Below, piece after piece: positions 39,908 through 52,095 of a stretch of 64,000 bases of DNA. The position numbers and the translations under genes are program-made. Where the stretch lies: the NCBI GenBank assembly GCA_950097015.1, contig CATNEN010000002.1, positions 8,928,001 to 8,992,000 of the forward strand. The letters are read 5' to 3'. The stretch comes from Macrostomum hystrix (lineage: Eukaryota; Animalia; Platyhelminthes). The notes under the pieces are model-generated. The model worked only from the letters and a program-made list of their open reading frames with translations. It made no database searches and was not told the origin of the DNA. Each line of letters opens with the position of its first letter. Position 1 is the first letter of the stretch.

Positions 39908-41000
39908 TCAGAGACTTCTAGAAGTACAACTGGACCCACAAGGCTTTCTTCTCCCCTGCAAGTTGAGGCCGGTTTTCGGCCAATCCTGTGATCCAAACCT
40001 GTGACAACGCCGCCTTGAATACAGTGGCCCTCGATCAGAGCAGATCGTGCGTCCAAAGAAATTCTCCATGAAGACGTCGTCCTCCATAAGCTCGTCCACG
40101 AGATTGGTGAACAAGACCATCTGGTTGGAGGCGCTGAGCAGCTGGCCTCGCAGTTTTTCGCTCCTTCGAATCGCCTCAAAAACCTTCCAGCTGTGGCTCG
40201 CCAGGTTGAACACTACGTCAGTCGGCTTGAACAACCCGCCGCGCTTAATCTCGTCAATAAAGGCAGAGGCAGTCGTCTGGATTGGAGCGTCTACTTCTAG
40301 CGGGGTCAGAACATCCGACTCGAGAAGAAGCTCCCGGCAGGACTCGCAGCCACGTCTGCTCTGCACCAGTTTCTTCGCAATGCAACCGCTCATGTAGTAG
40401 ATGACGGTGTAGTCAGAGCCTTCGGGCTGAACAGTCAACTCCATCGTTGCCGCCATCTCCTGAGCCAGTCTCTTCATTCCAGAATCATGCTCGGGAGTCG
40501 ACTCCGCGATCGCTCGATCGATATCGCGGAGCGAAAACTGAGAAAATTTGAGCAAGCTAATAGCTACGATCTTTTGATTGTTATCGGACAGCTGCCTGGC
40601 AGAAGTGAAGTAGCTAGCTCCGAACATCTGGCGAAGCCACCCAAATCTGCGCTCGATGCTGTCAGACTGGAGGGCACCGAGCAGGATGTAGGAAAAGCCT
40701 TCGTGATCGAGCAGGTGTCTCGCGCAGGCAGCGATGGCTCGGCAGGTATTGCGACAGGCAAGGAAGGTCTCCCCGGACAAGCCGCGGTGGCCGGAGCTTT
40801 CCCAAGCCTGAAGTTTTTTGCAATTTTTTTAGACAAGTTTAACATTTCAGTGCTGTCAATTACTTTACTATTCTATTGTTCTCCATGCATTGATTTTCTG
40901 TTCTTGTGGGCCAGCCTCACTACCTTGCCTGCTTCGATATTGTACAAGTCAATTGTACCGCTTCCAAGAGCACTATTGTGCCCAGTAAACACGTACAGAT
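39908..41000 (-). pseudogene. Decayed P-element/THAP9-like transposase (C-terminal part)
   Basis: W....GLSGETFLAC..T..A......LL...GFSYILLG.LQSDSIERRFGWLRQM.GA and ...GGLFKPT are present. The upstream VRLAHK / NVKL remnants are interrupted by stops. Confidence 0.8.
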
Positions 41001-42424
41001 GACTGCCATCTTCGTTAGTGTGCGAAAATGCGTATTTTGACTCTATTAACATTTACCAAATTACGAGGTTACAGTACTATGCGTTTTTTGTGCAAAGATG
41101 CTACGCCTGGCTTTCAGTGTGGTATCAATAAATAGCATATAGCAAGTGCTTTAAGATGACATCATGCGCATTGTGTTGCGTTAAAGTGTGGGTCCACAGT
41201 TTCGTAATAAGTTAAAAAGACCTGATTTTGCAAAAATCTTTAAAAGAAGAAATACAAAATAGGTAAATAAAACGCCTTCTGACACTGAATAAAAAATGCA
41301 CTTGAAAGTGTCTATTTTGTAATGTAAAAAGTCTTGCGTCCTGCAAAAATCTGCTATGGCGACTTTTTCGAGCCGTGAAGTGGAAAACGTCCGCAATTTT
41401 AAAGTTGTTGAACTTACTCTTTGAGTTGTAAATTTTGAAAATCAGCATTTATAAATTGTATAACAAAATATAATTGAAGAAAGGAATAAGTTGCTTCAGA
41501 AACTAAATTACGATCATTTTTGAATAATTAAATTGTACATTTCAGTCAATCTGTTCCATATAATTTCTACAAGACAAATCGGTTAACAATAATTTTTGTT
41601 GTACGACAAATTTGACTTCAAAATTTTCAAAGCAACTTATCCAAGCAATCACTATCTACATCTGAAATCTTTTCAAGCTTCGATCTGTAGCTATAATATT
41701 CGGTTTTGTTACGCTATTTATTTGTATACTACTATCTTATATATAATTATTGTACAATATATTGTATTTTACAAGTACAAGTTTTACTTGCAATATATTC
41801 AATTATGTTACCAATTTTACACTGTAAGTGTATGCTATAATTTTATTTTTAATATAACTGATGTATAGTATTTGAATAATATTTTATAGCTATTTAATTG
41901 TATTCTGCCATATATTTATCCTTTTTTCTTTTCTCTGCCTTGCCCTTCGCTCCATATTTTTAATAAATTATAGTTATATTATCATCTTAAGTACTCATCC
42001 TTTCACATTTTATTTTGTATTACTCTTTTGTTTTCTATATAGTTTAGACATAGTTTTTATTTTGTAGTTATCAGTAAAAGTTTACTTGAATTTTCATTTT
42101 GTTTGCATAATTTGGACTTAAGACTTTAGTATTGAAGTAAGTATTCTAATTATTTCCACATAAGTGCAGCATGGTGTAAATATCTCTAGCACTCTGCTTA
42201 ATGGTAGAAGTTTGTGGAAATTTTTTTAAATTCTGCTCATTTAGGTATAAATTTAGAAAATTTGCTAGACAATATGTGCATGCCTATGGTCCCTATTTCA
42301 AGCAATGCTTCAAAGTGCTAGACACTTAGTTCATGGTAAATTTTTACCAAGGGATGTTTTTTTTGCTGATATAGAATACCAAAGAAGCATGCACAAAACC
42401 ATGGAAAATAATTTGCATTTTAGG

Positions 42425-45400
42425 ATGATGAACGCACCTGAGAACATCGAATTGCCAAGCAGCTCTGTGACTCTGCTGAGCTCTGCTATCGGTAAGTCTT
42501 GCAGCTGGAACTGGAACTGAGGACTATAATAGGCCGGTCAGGTTCAAAGGGTAAGTCTTGCAGCTGGAACTGAGGACTATAATAGGCCGGTCAGGTTCAA
42601 AGACAGGCCGCTCAATGTCTGATTTCTCGGTTACGTCAGCGGATAAGAGACGTTTCACTATAAGAGACGTTCCACTAGACTTAGATTTTCACATGCCTGC
42701 AATCAGTTAGGAAACCTACGAGCGTATTTTTCCTATCTTTGCTCCATCTGGGCGGTATGTCATAATCTCTCATTTTATGCCCTGACTTCATGTTTATTTG
42801 AGTGATTTAAGAATTGAATATTTACTGTGATTGGGCTATGTTTAGAAAAGTGGCATTGCTGGTGTACAAAAAAGTTTTTGTATATTTTGGTAAGAATAAA
42901 TCTCATGTTACTGTTTTGAGAGCAACCTCAAACTGTACAGAGTCCGATTTGTGAAACTTGGGTTAGTTTTTAAACAATTACTAAAACAAATTCCCAACTA
43001 AAGTATGCAATTTCTACTATTTTAGTACAAGCCTCTACCAAAGTTTGATCAGGTTCGCTAACCTCAGATTTACCAGGTTAGCGTGTTTTGCTGCCGCATC
43101 CATTTCTTTTCCATTTTCTTGTACTTTTTCAGTACTTATTGACGGTGACTACCGCACAGTCAACGTCGCTTTGATTGTGGTCGGAGGAGCCAACGATGCC
43201 AGCAGAGAATTGGAAGACGAAATCAAAAATGGCTTCAGATATGTAGTTTCCGCCAGGGGCGACACAAAGGAGTATCGCATTGTTAAAGTCAGCCGACAGG
43301 ACAACCTGGAGGACTGGGCTAGTGTTGTGGAGCTGGTGTACAACTCTGATGCCATTGTGATTCTGTTCAACCAGAAGCCAGCGGTGTATGTTCAGCCTCT
43401 CCTGCTACTGACGATGAAGCGGGTAATGCCTCCGGGAGCAGGAACTGCTGGATGCCTAAAATTTTAGTATTTTCGGTTGATCGAACAGACACACTGGGTG
43501 ATCTCACCTTCCGCTCATCAAATTGTGTCGCACTATAAAGCAGTAGACATAAAAAGACAAAATCCTGGCAATTTTCAAAGGGCCATCATCTACCGCGATG
43601 ATTAGTTTCTTAGCTGCAATATTTGCTGTGGCTGTTGAAGGGGCTTTAAGAATATCGGTTACGACTTCGGACTCTCGACTTAAGCAGTTGGATTCCAGAC
43701 TTCACTGGAACAAAATTTGGCTTCTAGCAAGACACTCAACTCTTCACTGCTTGAGTTCAGACAGCTGCTGATTGGACATCGGCATAGCTGGGATAGCTGG
43801 AATTGCTGAGATTGCTGATAGCTGGGATTGCTGATAGCTGGGATAGCTGGAATTGCTGGAATAGCTGGGATAGCTGGAATAGCAGGAATAGCTAGGATTG
43901 CTGATAGCTCGGATAGCTTGGATAGCTTGGATAGCTATGATTGCTTAGATTGCTGGGATAGCCGAGATAGCTGGGATAGCTGGAATTGCTTAAATAGCTG
44001 GGATTGCTGGAATAGCTGGGATAGCTGGAATAGCAGGAATAGCTAGGATAGCTGGGATAGCTGGGATTGCTAAGATAGCTGGGATAGCTGGAATTGCTGA
44101 AATAGCTTGGATTGCTGGAATAGCTGAGATAGCTGGGATAGCTGGAATAGCTGGGATGTCTGTGATAGCTTGCACTCTGGGATTGCTTGGATGTCTGTGA
44201 TAGCTTGCACTCTGGGATTGCTTGGATGTCTGTGATAGCTTGCACTCTGGGATTGCTTGGATGTCTGGGATAGCTTGCACTCTGGGATTGCTTGGATGTC
44301 TGTGATAGCTTGCACTCTGGGATTGCTTGGATGTCTGGGATAGCTTGCACTCTGGGATTGCTTGGATGTCTGGGATAGCTTGCACTCTGGGATTGCTTGG
44401 ATGTCTGTGATAGCTTGCACTCTGGGATTGCTTGGATGTCTGTGATAGCTTGCACTCTGGGATTGCTTGGATGTCTGTGATAGCTTGCACTCTGGGATTG
44501 CTTGCACTCTGGGATTGCTTGGATGTCTGGGATATCTAAGGGTGCAGCCTTCAGACGCGTCGCGCCATAGCTGCAGCTGTGCTGTTAACGGCATGTCTGG
44601 CCTAATTTAGGGAACGCAAAATGAATTATGATTGCATTTCCGTATTAACATTAAGGTTAGTATTATTTGGGGGAGAACTGTTAAGGAACTAATATTCAGA
44701 AATTAAATTTCTAGCGCGTATCGACCAGAGGAGTTCAAGTGTACGTTGTGGACAACATGGCTTCCCGAACTCAGGCAGGAGAGACAAAGCCGCTTGACCT
44801 TCTGCAGCACCCGAAAGTTCTCGACCACATCCGGTCCGTTGTGAAGTTGACCAATGAAGATTATAAAAAAAAGTTCGAAAGCTTGGTAGCGGAAGTCCGG
44901 GCCGGCATCGAAGGTGCTCAAGGTGAGAATACTAATTCTATCAATTGCGTAGCAGGAGCACTGGTTAATAACCAAAATGATGTGGAACATTTTTGCTGCT
45001 ACAAAGCTTGCCGGACCAGTACCAGGTGCGCTTTTTCTTCACAAGCTTTGGTTCGCATCGCAGCATTTAAATAACAGTCAGGACTCTTATCCTTCCTCTC
45101 TTCCACTTCTCCTTTACTTCTCCTTTCTCTCTGTGCTTGTTTACGCTCGCCCCTCCTATTGTACTTTCTCCTCTCTCCCTCTTTCTTTCAACTTCTTAGC
45201 AAACCTTCAACTCTCTTTCCGCTCCCTCGTCTCTGATTGGCTAGCTGTTCGTCTCTCTTTCCTCACCCGTCCTTTCCAGCTCTTTCCCTCTGACCCGTCC
45301 TCACTCCTTTTACCCTTCAGCCCCTTCCTATCTCTGGTTAATATATTTGATTCTCGGCACATAGGGCTGGTGCCTGCCGCTGTTCGATTCGTTCAGTGCC

Positions 45401-48400
45401 GAAAATACAGTGAATCACTGCGAAGGCTCCAATATTTATTGAAGTCAACACAAGGGCTGCTAAACTGGAAGGATACAAAACACAGGGGCTGCTAAACTGG
45501 AAGGATACAAAACACAAGGGCTGCTAAACTGGAAGGATACAAACACAAGGGCTGCTAAACTGGAAGGATACAAAACACAAGGGCTGCTAAACTGGAAGGA
45601 TACAAAACACAAGGGCTGCTAAACTGGAAGGATACAAAACACAAGGGCTGCTAAACTGGAAGGATACAAAACACAAGGGCTGCTAAACTGGAAGGATACA
45701 AAACACAAGGGCTGCTAAACTGGAAGGATACAAAACACAAGGGCTGCTAAACTGGAAGGATACAAAACACAAGAGCTGCTAAACTGGAAGGATACAAAAC
45801 ACAAGGGCTGCTAAACTGGAAGGATACAAAACACAAGGGCTGCTAAACTGGAAGGATACAAAACACAAGGGCTGCTAAACTGGAAGGATACAAAACACAA
45901 GAGCTGCTAAACTGGAAGGATACAAAACACAAGGGCTGCTAAACTGGAAGGATACAAAACACAAGGGCTGCTAAACTGGAAGGATACAAAACACAAGGGC
46001 TGCTAAACTGGAAGGATACAAAACACAAGGGCTGCTAAACTGGAAGGATACAAAACACAAGGGCTGCTAAACTGGAAGGATACAAAACACAAGGGCTGCT
46101 AAACTGGAAGGATACAAAACACAAGGGCTGCTAAACTGGAAGGATACAAAACACAAGGGCTGCTAAACTGGAAGGATACAAAACACAAGGGCTGCTAAAC
46201 TGGAAGGATACAAAACACAAGGGCTGCTAAACTGGAAGGATACAAAACACAAGGCTCTCAATTCGTAGAAAAATACTTAAAAGCCAGCTTTTTAAGTGAA
46301 ATGCATGGACTGGACGGCAAATTTCAGGTCATCGAGCAAATTCAACACAGAATTGAGTTCACCAGTTATAAAATGGGGTAGCAGCATCAGCTGGGGAAAA
46401 GTTGGCTGGGGTGGCGCCCTCCCTCTTGACTGGACAGTTGGATTTCAAACGTGAGTTTCCTTGTTTATTATCGGTACTATATTGTGGCGCTGTTAAAAAG
46501 CACAAATGTACAGCATTTTCAATCAATTTCTGGCTTGAAACCTGCTGCGTATCGCAGACTAAAGTTCAGACCTGCTGCTGTCTCACATGGCTTACAGTAT
46601 ATTAAATTTGGTTCAGATAAACTGCCGTTTTTTATTTTCTCAATGAATTTTTCGCTTATAGCTCGTAAATGGCCCTCAACTAATTGTTCTACGAATATAA
46701 CAGGTTCTACTCTACCTGTTAGAGAGTATACAGGTTGCTTGCCTTCTCTCTCCCAGCTACAGCAGTAGATAGAAATTAACGCACTGGATTTAGAGGCCTA
46801 ATTCTGAGTATAGTGAGGCTCACATTCTCAGGCTGCAGTGTGCAGGAAAACAGCTTTTACGAGTGTACTTTATTGCCAAACTCATTGATTGTGTTAAAAG
46901 GAAAATATGGTTAGGGTTAGTCTAGTTCGCATGAGCGGCTTACTTACTTAATTGCAGGGGGGCCTGGGGCACTTGACGCACAAGCGCAGGAACGGCATGC
47001 CCCCAGGCCGGCGAACTAGGCGGGAGTCGCCCATCGCGCCATCTAGACCCCTGAACACAGGCACCTCATACACAGCCGCAAGCCAAGCGGGGAAGGGGGC
47101 AGCAGCCGGAGTGCCTCTCACCCCCAGGCCCGCACACGCACAGAGCTGACCAAACCAGGGGAGGACTTATATGCCTGAAGGGTAGGGACGAGAGGACCAA
47201 GCCACGCGCGCAGACGGCTGGTGAAACCTCGCCGCTCAGAGCACGCAAGGCTGGTGCACACCCGCCCCACCCCCCATACAACGCCTCACACCCGGCCCAA
47301 CGCACAAACACAAACACAAACAAGCAGGCACACAGAAGGCAGGAGCGAAGCTATTATTTCAAGCTTTGATTGCACGAAATATGGTGCACCTCCGCCGGTC
47401 GCTACTGTCCAAACCCCCCAACAAGTCCCGAAATTAATCGTGACTTGAAGGGTGAATCGAACTAGCGTCCTTTGGAGTGCGAGGCAGCGACGTTAGCCGC
47501 TGACCCACTCGCCCCCTCGCATGAGCGGCATTCTACAAAGGCATTTGTCTCCTCTCGCGTTGCTAGGCTAGTTCTCTTTCCAACGAAGAATAACCAAAGC
47601 GCCATTTCGCGACGCAGCTAGGACGCGTTGGCCCCTCGGTCTTAGCTCCATTGTTCGAAGGACATCGAGTTTAGCAAGACCTCTGGTTATGACTGCTTGG
47701 CCAGTTTGAATGCTGGGTGGGGCCATTCCAGTGTCAGAGAATGTCAGCGAAATCCAAGCGCTTTCAGAGAGCCATCTGTCCTTGTACTTTCGTAGCCCTT
47801 CAGTAGAGCTCACATTAGTGGACCAGCTAAAATATTTGTCAACAACGAGGAAAACGTGCTATGACATAATATGATAACAAGGATTCTGAAGCGATGACTT
47901 TCTGCGACACAGCTTACAACAAAAACATAATCAAAAGCTGCTTAAAAACCTGCTCCAGATCCGGCGAGCCATGCGAGCACCGGAGAAGCTTTCGCCTGGA
48001 ATTTCGCCACATCCTTCCTGCGTCTCATTGTGCCCAACCTGGAGACTCGGATCACAGAAGCTCTCTATGATGGCGATCATCTCAGTGAGAGCAAGCTGAG
48101 CAGCGTGGGAATTCAACTGCCACCTGAAAGAATTATTGTGCTCAAAAATTATTTCGTGCTTGCTCCGGACAGACTGGGTCAAGACGTCAGTCCGGACGTC
48201 CTGTTCCCTGGTTGCGTGAAAACTGGGATTTTGTATTTCGATGGCCTTGGCTATCAAAGAAAAGTGTTCATCTACTTGATGGAGCTGGATCAAAGAACAC
48301 CTTCAGGAGAGACGCACGCTGTCATCTTCGCCGACTGGGCCTCCCCGATCTTCGCCATGCGAGACATGAGCGTTGAAGCATCGCAAGGACTGGACATTGT

Positions 48401-50664
48401 TAAAGTTCGAGAGGAAATGTTCGGTCAGTTCAAGAATGCCCTGAAAATGATCATCTACCATCCTTACTTTCCAAGGCTGATTTTCAGCAATCCAGAGAGC
48501 CACATCAGCACTGAGCAGAGCTCAAAGGTGGCGCTGGTTGAGGTGGCCAGCAAAGAGAGTCTGAAAATGTGCATGAACAATGAAAGCAGGAGCTTTGTTG
48601 CCCAACCCCAGGCGAAGAATGCGAGTTTAGGTGGAATGGCGTTTGGGTCAAAGTTTTCTATGGAATGCGCAAATCTGCATCATCTGCTCGTAGCAATGAG
48701 CAGCTCCCTTAGCAATCAGACGGACGCACTTAAGATGGCACTGGATTCCAGACTACCTGGCAGGTACGAACTTTCGGCAGTTAACGATTTGCAATTTGAG
48801 CATTTGCAACAATTCCGGAGAAGTCTTCTTGTGCTGAGTCCTGAGGACTTGAGAGGCACCGAGAATAATAAAGTCACCGCTGCTGCTGAAAAGGTGAGTC
48901 TGTTCAATGCTAACTGTAAGGGTTTGGCAAAGCGGGGCAAGCACTGAGTGGACACCCGCACCAGCCAATCAGATGACCAGCGCCCACACCCCATTCTGGC
49001 TCGGCTACGCAAATTCACGTTGAGAGACTTCAGTCTAGATCGCCGAACTTCTAACCGAAAATTCAGGAGTTCGAAACAAGATATTTCGCCCTGCAGCTGT
49101 GAAATGGGAACGAGAACTAGCTGGTGTAGATAGAGCTTAGGGGATGTGCCAGCGCCTCCTGTCCATAGAGCCGTACGCTGCATTTGAATGCACCACAAAA
49201 GATGCGGCTGTGCCACTGGTTGAGTATCTTCTGGGTTCTGTATGAACCTGTCAACTTCTCAATGCCAGATAAAAATGCATCAATATCTTGTGCTTTCATT
49301 TCAGATGAGCATGACTGGCGAGTGCTGCGTTTCCGTCATCATTGTGGGAGACTTCGGAGTTGGCATTGAAGCTGTCCACGACGTCCTGCCGGATCGGCTG
49401 AGATGCCTGCCCTACTGCTGCGTGGCAGGCGTGCGAACTCTGACTGGCGACAACGTTGAAGGCAGGCTGCCCTTCGGACAGCAGCTGCGAACTCTTGCTG
49501 ACGTCATCGATGGCCTTCGTAAGTTGAAGTAACTGATTGTCGTAAATATTTGTTATTTTTTTGACCATTTATAAACACCTGCGCTCTATTACTCTAGACA
49601 AATTGTTTAGAATCTTGTCGTTTATCACTCTCCATTCAAATTTGCTGTGACTAAATTTCAGGTCTTGCAGAGGTCCACTGTCTCGAAGTTAAGGATGTTT
49701 TTCCGCTGATGTCAATGGCCAGTGTCCTGACCGCGAACATTTGCTGCGGCTTTGTCGACAAGATGGAGAAATGTGAGTTTCTTTCTGGTTTAATGGAAAC
49801 CTGACCGAATCCCATGTGGAAAATTTGTGTAGGATAAAATATTTTTCTCCTGCGATCGATTTGAAAGCGAAGTAACTGCAGTGATGCAGAGTTCCATGAA
49901 TTAAATTTTATAGGATGGATTCGACAGTCAAACGACTTCACGCTAAGGATGGGCCTCGATTAGTCGCAGAAACTGTGGCTGATTGAGATGCAAATCAACG
50001 GAAAAACGTTGGTGCAGGGCTCGAAAATTGAGCACGCTCTAATATTGCAGTGAATAGGCTGCAAAAATGTTACTCCCGATGGATTTCCACAAAGAGTATC
50101 CGAACTAAAAGTTTACTAGAAATCGGTCATATTTCTGGCCGGGGACTTATTACCATTCCACCTGCTGTACGAAACGTAGGAAACGAACTCATCCTTGATC
50201 TTGCAGACATGCGGGACGAGTCTGCTGACGAAAGTCAGCTGGCAGCTTTGCCGTTCGACAAGCCGTACTTCATGATCCTGCCTGCCAGCAATCGCTTCCA
50301 TGAGCAGAGCGCTCTGGAGCAGGGCCTGGCCGACCTTGGAGCCCAAAAAAATAACGAAAGCTTCATGGGATCCAATGGCAGGCCCTACAATTATCAAGTC
50401 TGGCACTGGCAGCATTCAAGACTGGCCTTCGAAATTCCCGGCCAGTTTTCTTACCTGCGCGAGCAGCTGAACTGGGGCTTCGCCGGACTGATCAGCCCGC
50501 AGCAGGTCGACGACATCCTGGAGGAGTTCGGACGAGGCTTGGAGGAGCACTGCAGAAATCACCGGTTTGTCAAGACTGTCAGGTGGAGCTATGAACAAGA
50601 AGGCGCTGCTGGTTTGCTCCAGCTGCTGAAGTCTTTGAGGCATCCACCACTTAAGGATGATTAA
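42425..50664 (+). CDS. Tandem TIR-like/STING/TIR-like/STING protein (~812 aa, no transmembrane region); exons 42425-42491, 43133-43422, 44715-44922, 47959-48893, 49305-49518, 49662-49772, 50051-50664
   Basis: All six introns are GT-AG with matching phases (1,0,1,0,1,1). The joined CDS is 2439 nt with no internal stop. Two segments align by eye to the STING ligand-binding domain, and two alpha/beta segments have TIR-like strand-helix periodicity. Confidence 0.72.
43785..44535. repeat. 9-bp (GGGATAGCT-type) and 35-bp (GATAGCTTGCACTCTGGGATTGCTTGGATGTCTGT) minisatellites in intron 2 of the STING gene
   Basis: Visible arrays, followed by a 3' SINE fragment at ~44545-44610. Confidence 0.93.
45451..46255. 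repeat. 32-bp minisatellite (CAAGGGCTGCTAAACTGGAAGGATACAAAACA)n, ~25 copies, intron 3
   Basis: Visible near-perfect array. Confidence 0.95.
46940..47520 (-). mobile_element. Probable second tRNA-derived SINE family
   Basis: The minus strand starts GGGGCGAGTGGGTCAGCGGCTAACGTCGCTGCCTCGCACTCCAAAGGACGCTAGTTCGATTC (A/B-box-like) and ends in (TAAG)n. Confidence 0.45.
47959..48590 (+). other. STING-like domain 1
   Basis: GEAFAWNFATSFLRLIVPNLETRI vs human STING [31 protein letters not shown] vs RLYILLP; FADWASPIFAMRDM vs VLEYATPLQTLFAM; VREEMFGQFKNALKMII vs [17 protein letters not shown]. Confidence 0.85.
49700..50664 (+). other. STING-like domain 2 (split by one intron)
   Basis: SMASVLTANICCGFV (first helix, in exon 49662-49772); KPYFMILP; MGSNGRPYNYQVW vs AGIKDRVYSNSIY; LAFEIPGQF vs VLEYATPL; FAGLISPQQVDDILEEFGRGLEEH vs [22 protein letters not shown]. 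Confidence 0.7.
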
Positions 50665-50726
50665 TATTTGAAGACACTGTAGCGTGCCTTTGACAATGCT
50701 ACAGATGACAAACAAAAATGCTCCGC

Positions 50727-50921
50727 TTATTCCTTTCTATCCCCAGAGAGTCTTTGTTTTAGAACGTCTTTATTCTTAAGCCATGACTTAACTCGTTGAC
50801 GAGATAAATGTTTTATCAACGTTTTTTCTATTTTTACATTTTTGTGATAAACTTCAGCGCCCCCTCTTGTTAACTCTTGCTGTAATTTTTCTTCATTATG
50901 ATTGACAAGATCTAAATTCAA
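50727..50921 (-). pseudogene. Possible pogo/Tigger (CENP-B/psq-type) HTH remnant
   Basis: KHLSRQRVKSWLKNKDVL resembles the HTH recognition helix. The match is short and weak. Confidence 0.3.
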
Positions 50922-51499
50922 CTAGCATTGACATTGCTTGACGCCTCTATACTCCATTGGGGGAGCAGACGATAAATTAAAAAAAATATTAATACTTTTG
51001 CTGCACTGTTATTCAACGGTCTAAATACTCCGATCTAATCTATACACCTTTACACAGGAAGTTTTAGTAACTTTGTTTCTTGCCAAAATACGAGCTATTT
51101 TAGCAAATCTTGATCATTTTCGCGCAAAGAACATTAGACCTGCGATTTGTTTTAACATCACCATTAATTCGCCACTTATTTTACTTTTATTTTGTTGAAG
51201 CCCCTGTTCAAACTCAGTCGGACTCCCATTGTGAGACCATTTCGGTGTCAGGTTTCGTAACTTTTTTATGGATGAAGTACTCATATTTACCTTTTATTTA
51301 TATTTATTCATATTCTCCTACTGTTTATGCATACATGCGAACATTATCGCTCTACCTGCAGATTGAATAGCTAAGAAATCAAATATCGAGGTGGTCTGGA
51401 TTTTCGAGCGGGAGAGGGCACCACCCGTCTTAGGGGGTGACATTTAAGGGTTGGGGGTTACCATTTGAGATCTGGGAGCGCCAGGAGGAATCGCCAACG

Positions 51500-52095
51500 T
51501 GGATTAGAGAGGGGTTGCCACTGGGTATTTGGGAGCGCCACCGTGAATTTGAGTTAGCCCCACTGGGTATTTGGGAGCACCACCGTGAATTTGAGTTAGC
51601 CCCACTGGGTATTTGGGAGCGCCACCGTGACTTTAAGTTAGCCCCACTGGGTATTTGGGAGCGCCACCGTGACTTTGAGGGGGTCACCACTAGGTATTTG
51701 GGAGCGCCACTGTGGATTTTAGAGGGTCACCACTGGGTATTTGGGAGCGCCACCGTGGATTTTTAGAGGGTCACCACTGGGTATTTGGGAGCGCCACCGT
51801 GGATTTTTAGAGGGTCACCACTGGGTATTTGGGAGCGCCACCGTGGATTTTTAGAGGGTCACCACTGGGTATTTGGGAGCACCATCGTGAATTTGAGTTA
51901 GCCCCACTGGGTATTTGGGAGCACCATCGTGAATTTGAGTTTGCCCCACTGGGTATTTGGGAGCACCATCGTGAATTTGAGTTAGCCCCACTGGGTATTT
52001 GGGAGCACCATCGTGAATTTGAGTTAGCCCCACTGGGTATTTGGGAGCACCATCGTGAATTTGAGTTAGCTCCACTGGGTATTTGGGAGCGCCAC
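51500..52095. repeat. 42-44-bp minisatellite (CCACTGGGTATTTGGGAGC...) inside a GC-ended MITE-like segment
   Basis: Visible array. The right end CCCCCCTGGCTACGGTCCTG (~52152) resembles hAT MITE ends. Confidence 0.85.

Noticed and set aside
48894-48947. ORF-track C-terminus VSLFNANCKGLAKRGKH* of the 305-aa ORF
   Set aside because: It begins at a strong AAG|GTGAGT donor that is phase-matched to the exon at 49305, so it is treated as intron read-through.
49280-49369. CAFISDEHDWRV as a TIR box 1
   Set aside because: It spans the splice acceptor, is in the wrong frame and stops after ~20 codons.
50002-50050. KNVGAGLEN*ARSN as a stop-interrupted first helix of STING domain 2
   Set aside because: A better first helix is supplied by exon 49662-49772, and CTAAT...TTGCAG at 50050 is a phase-matched acceptor.
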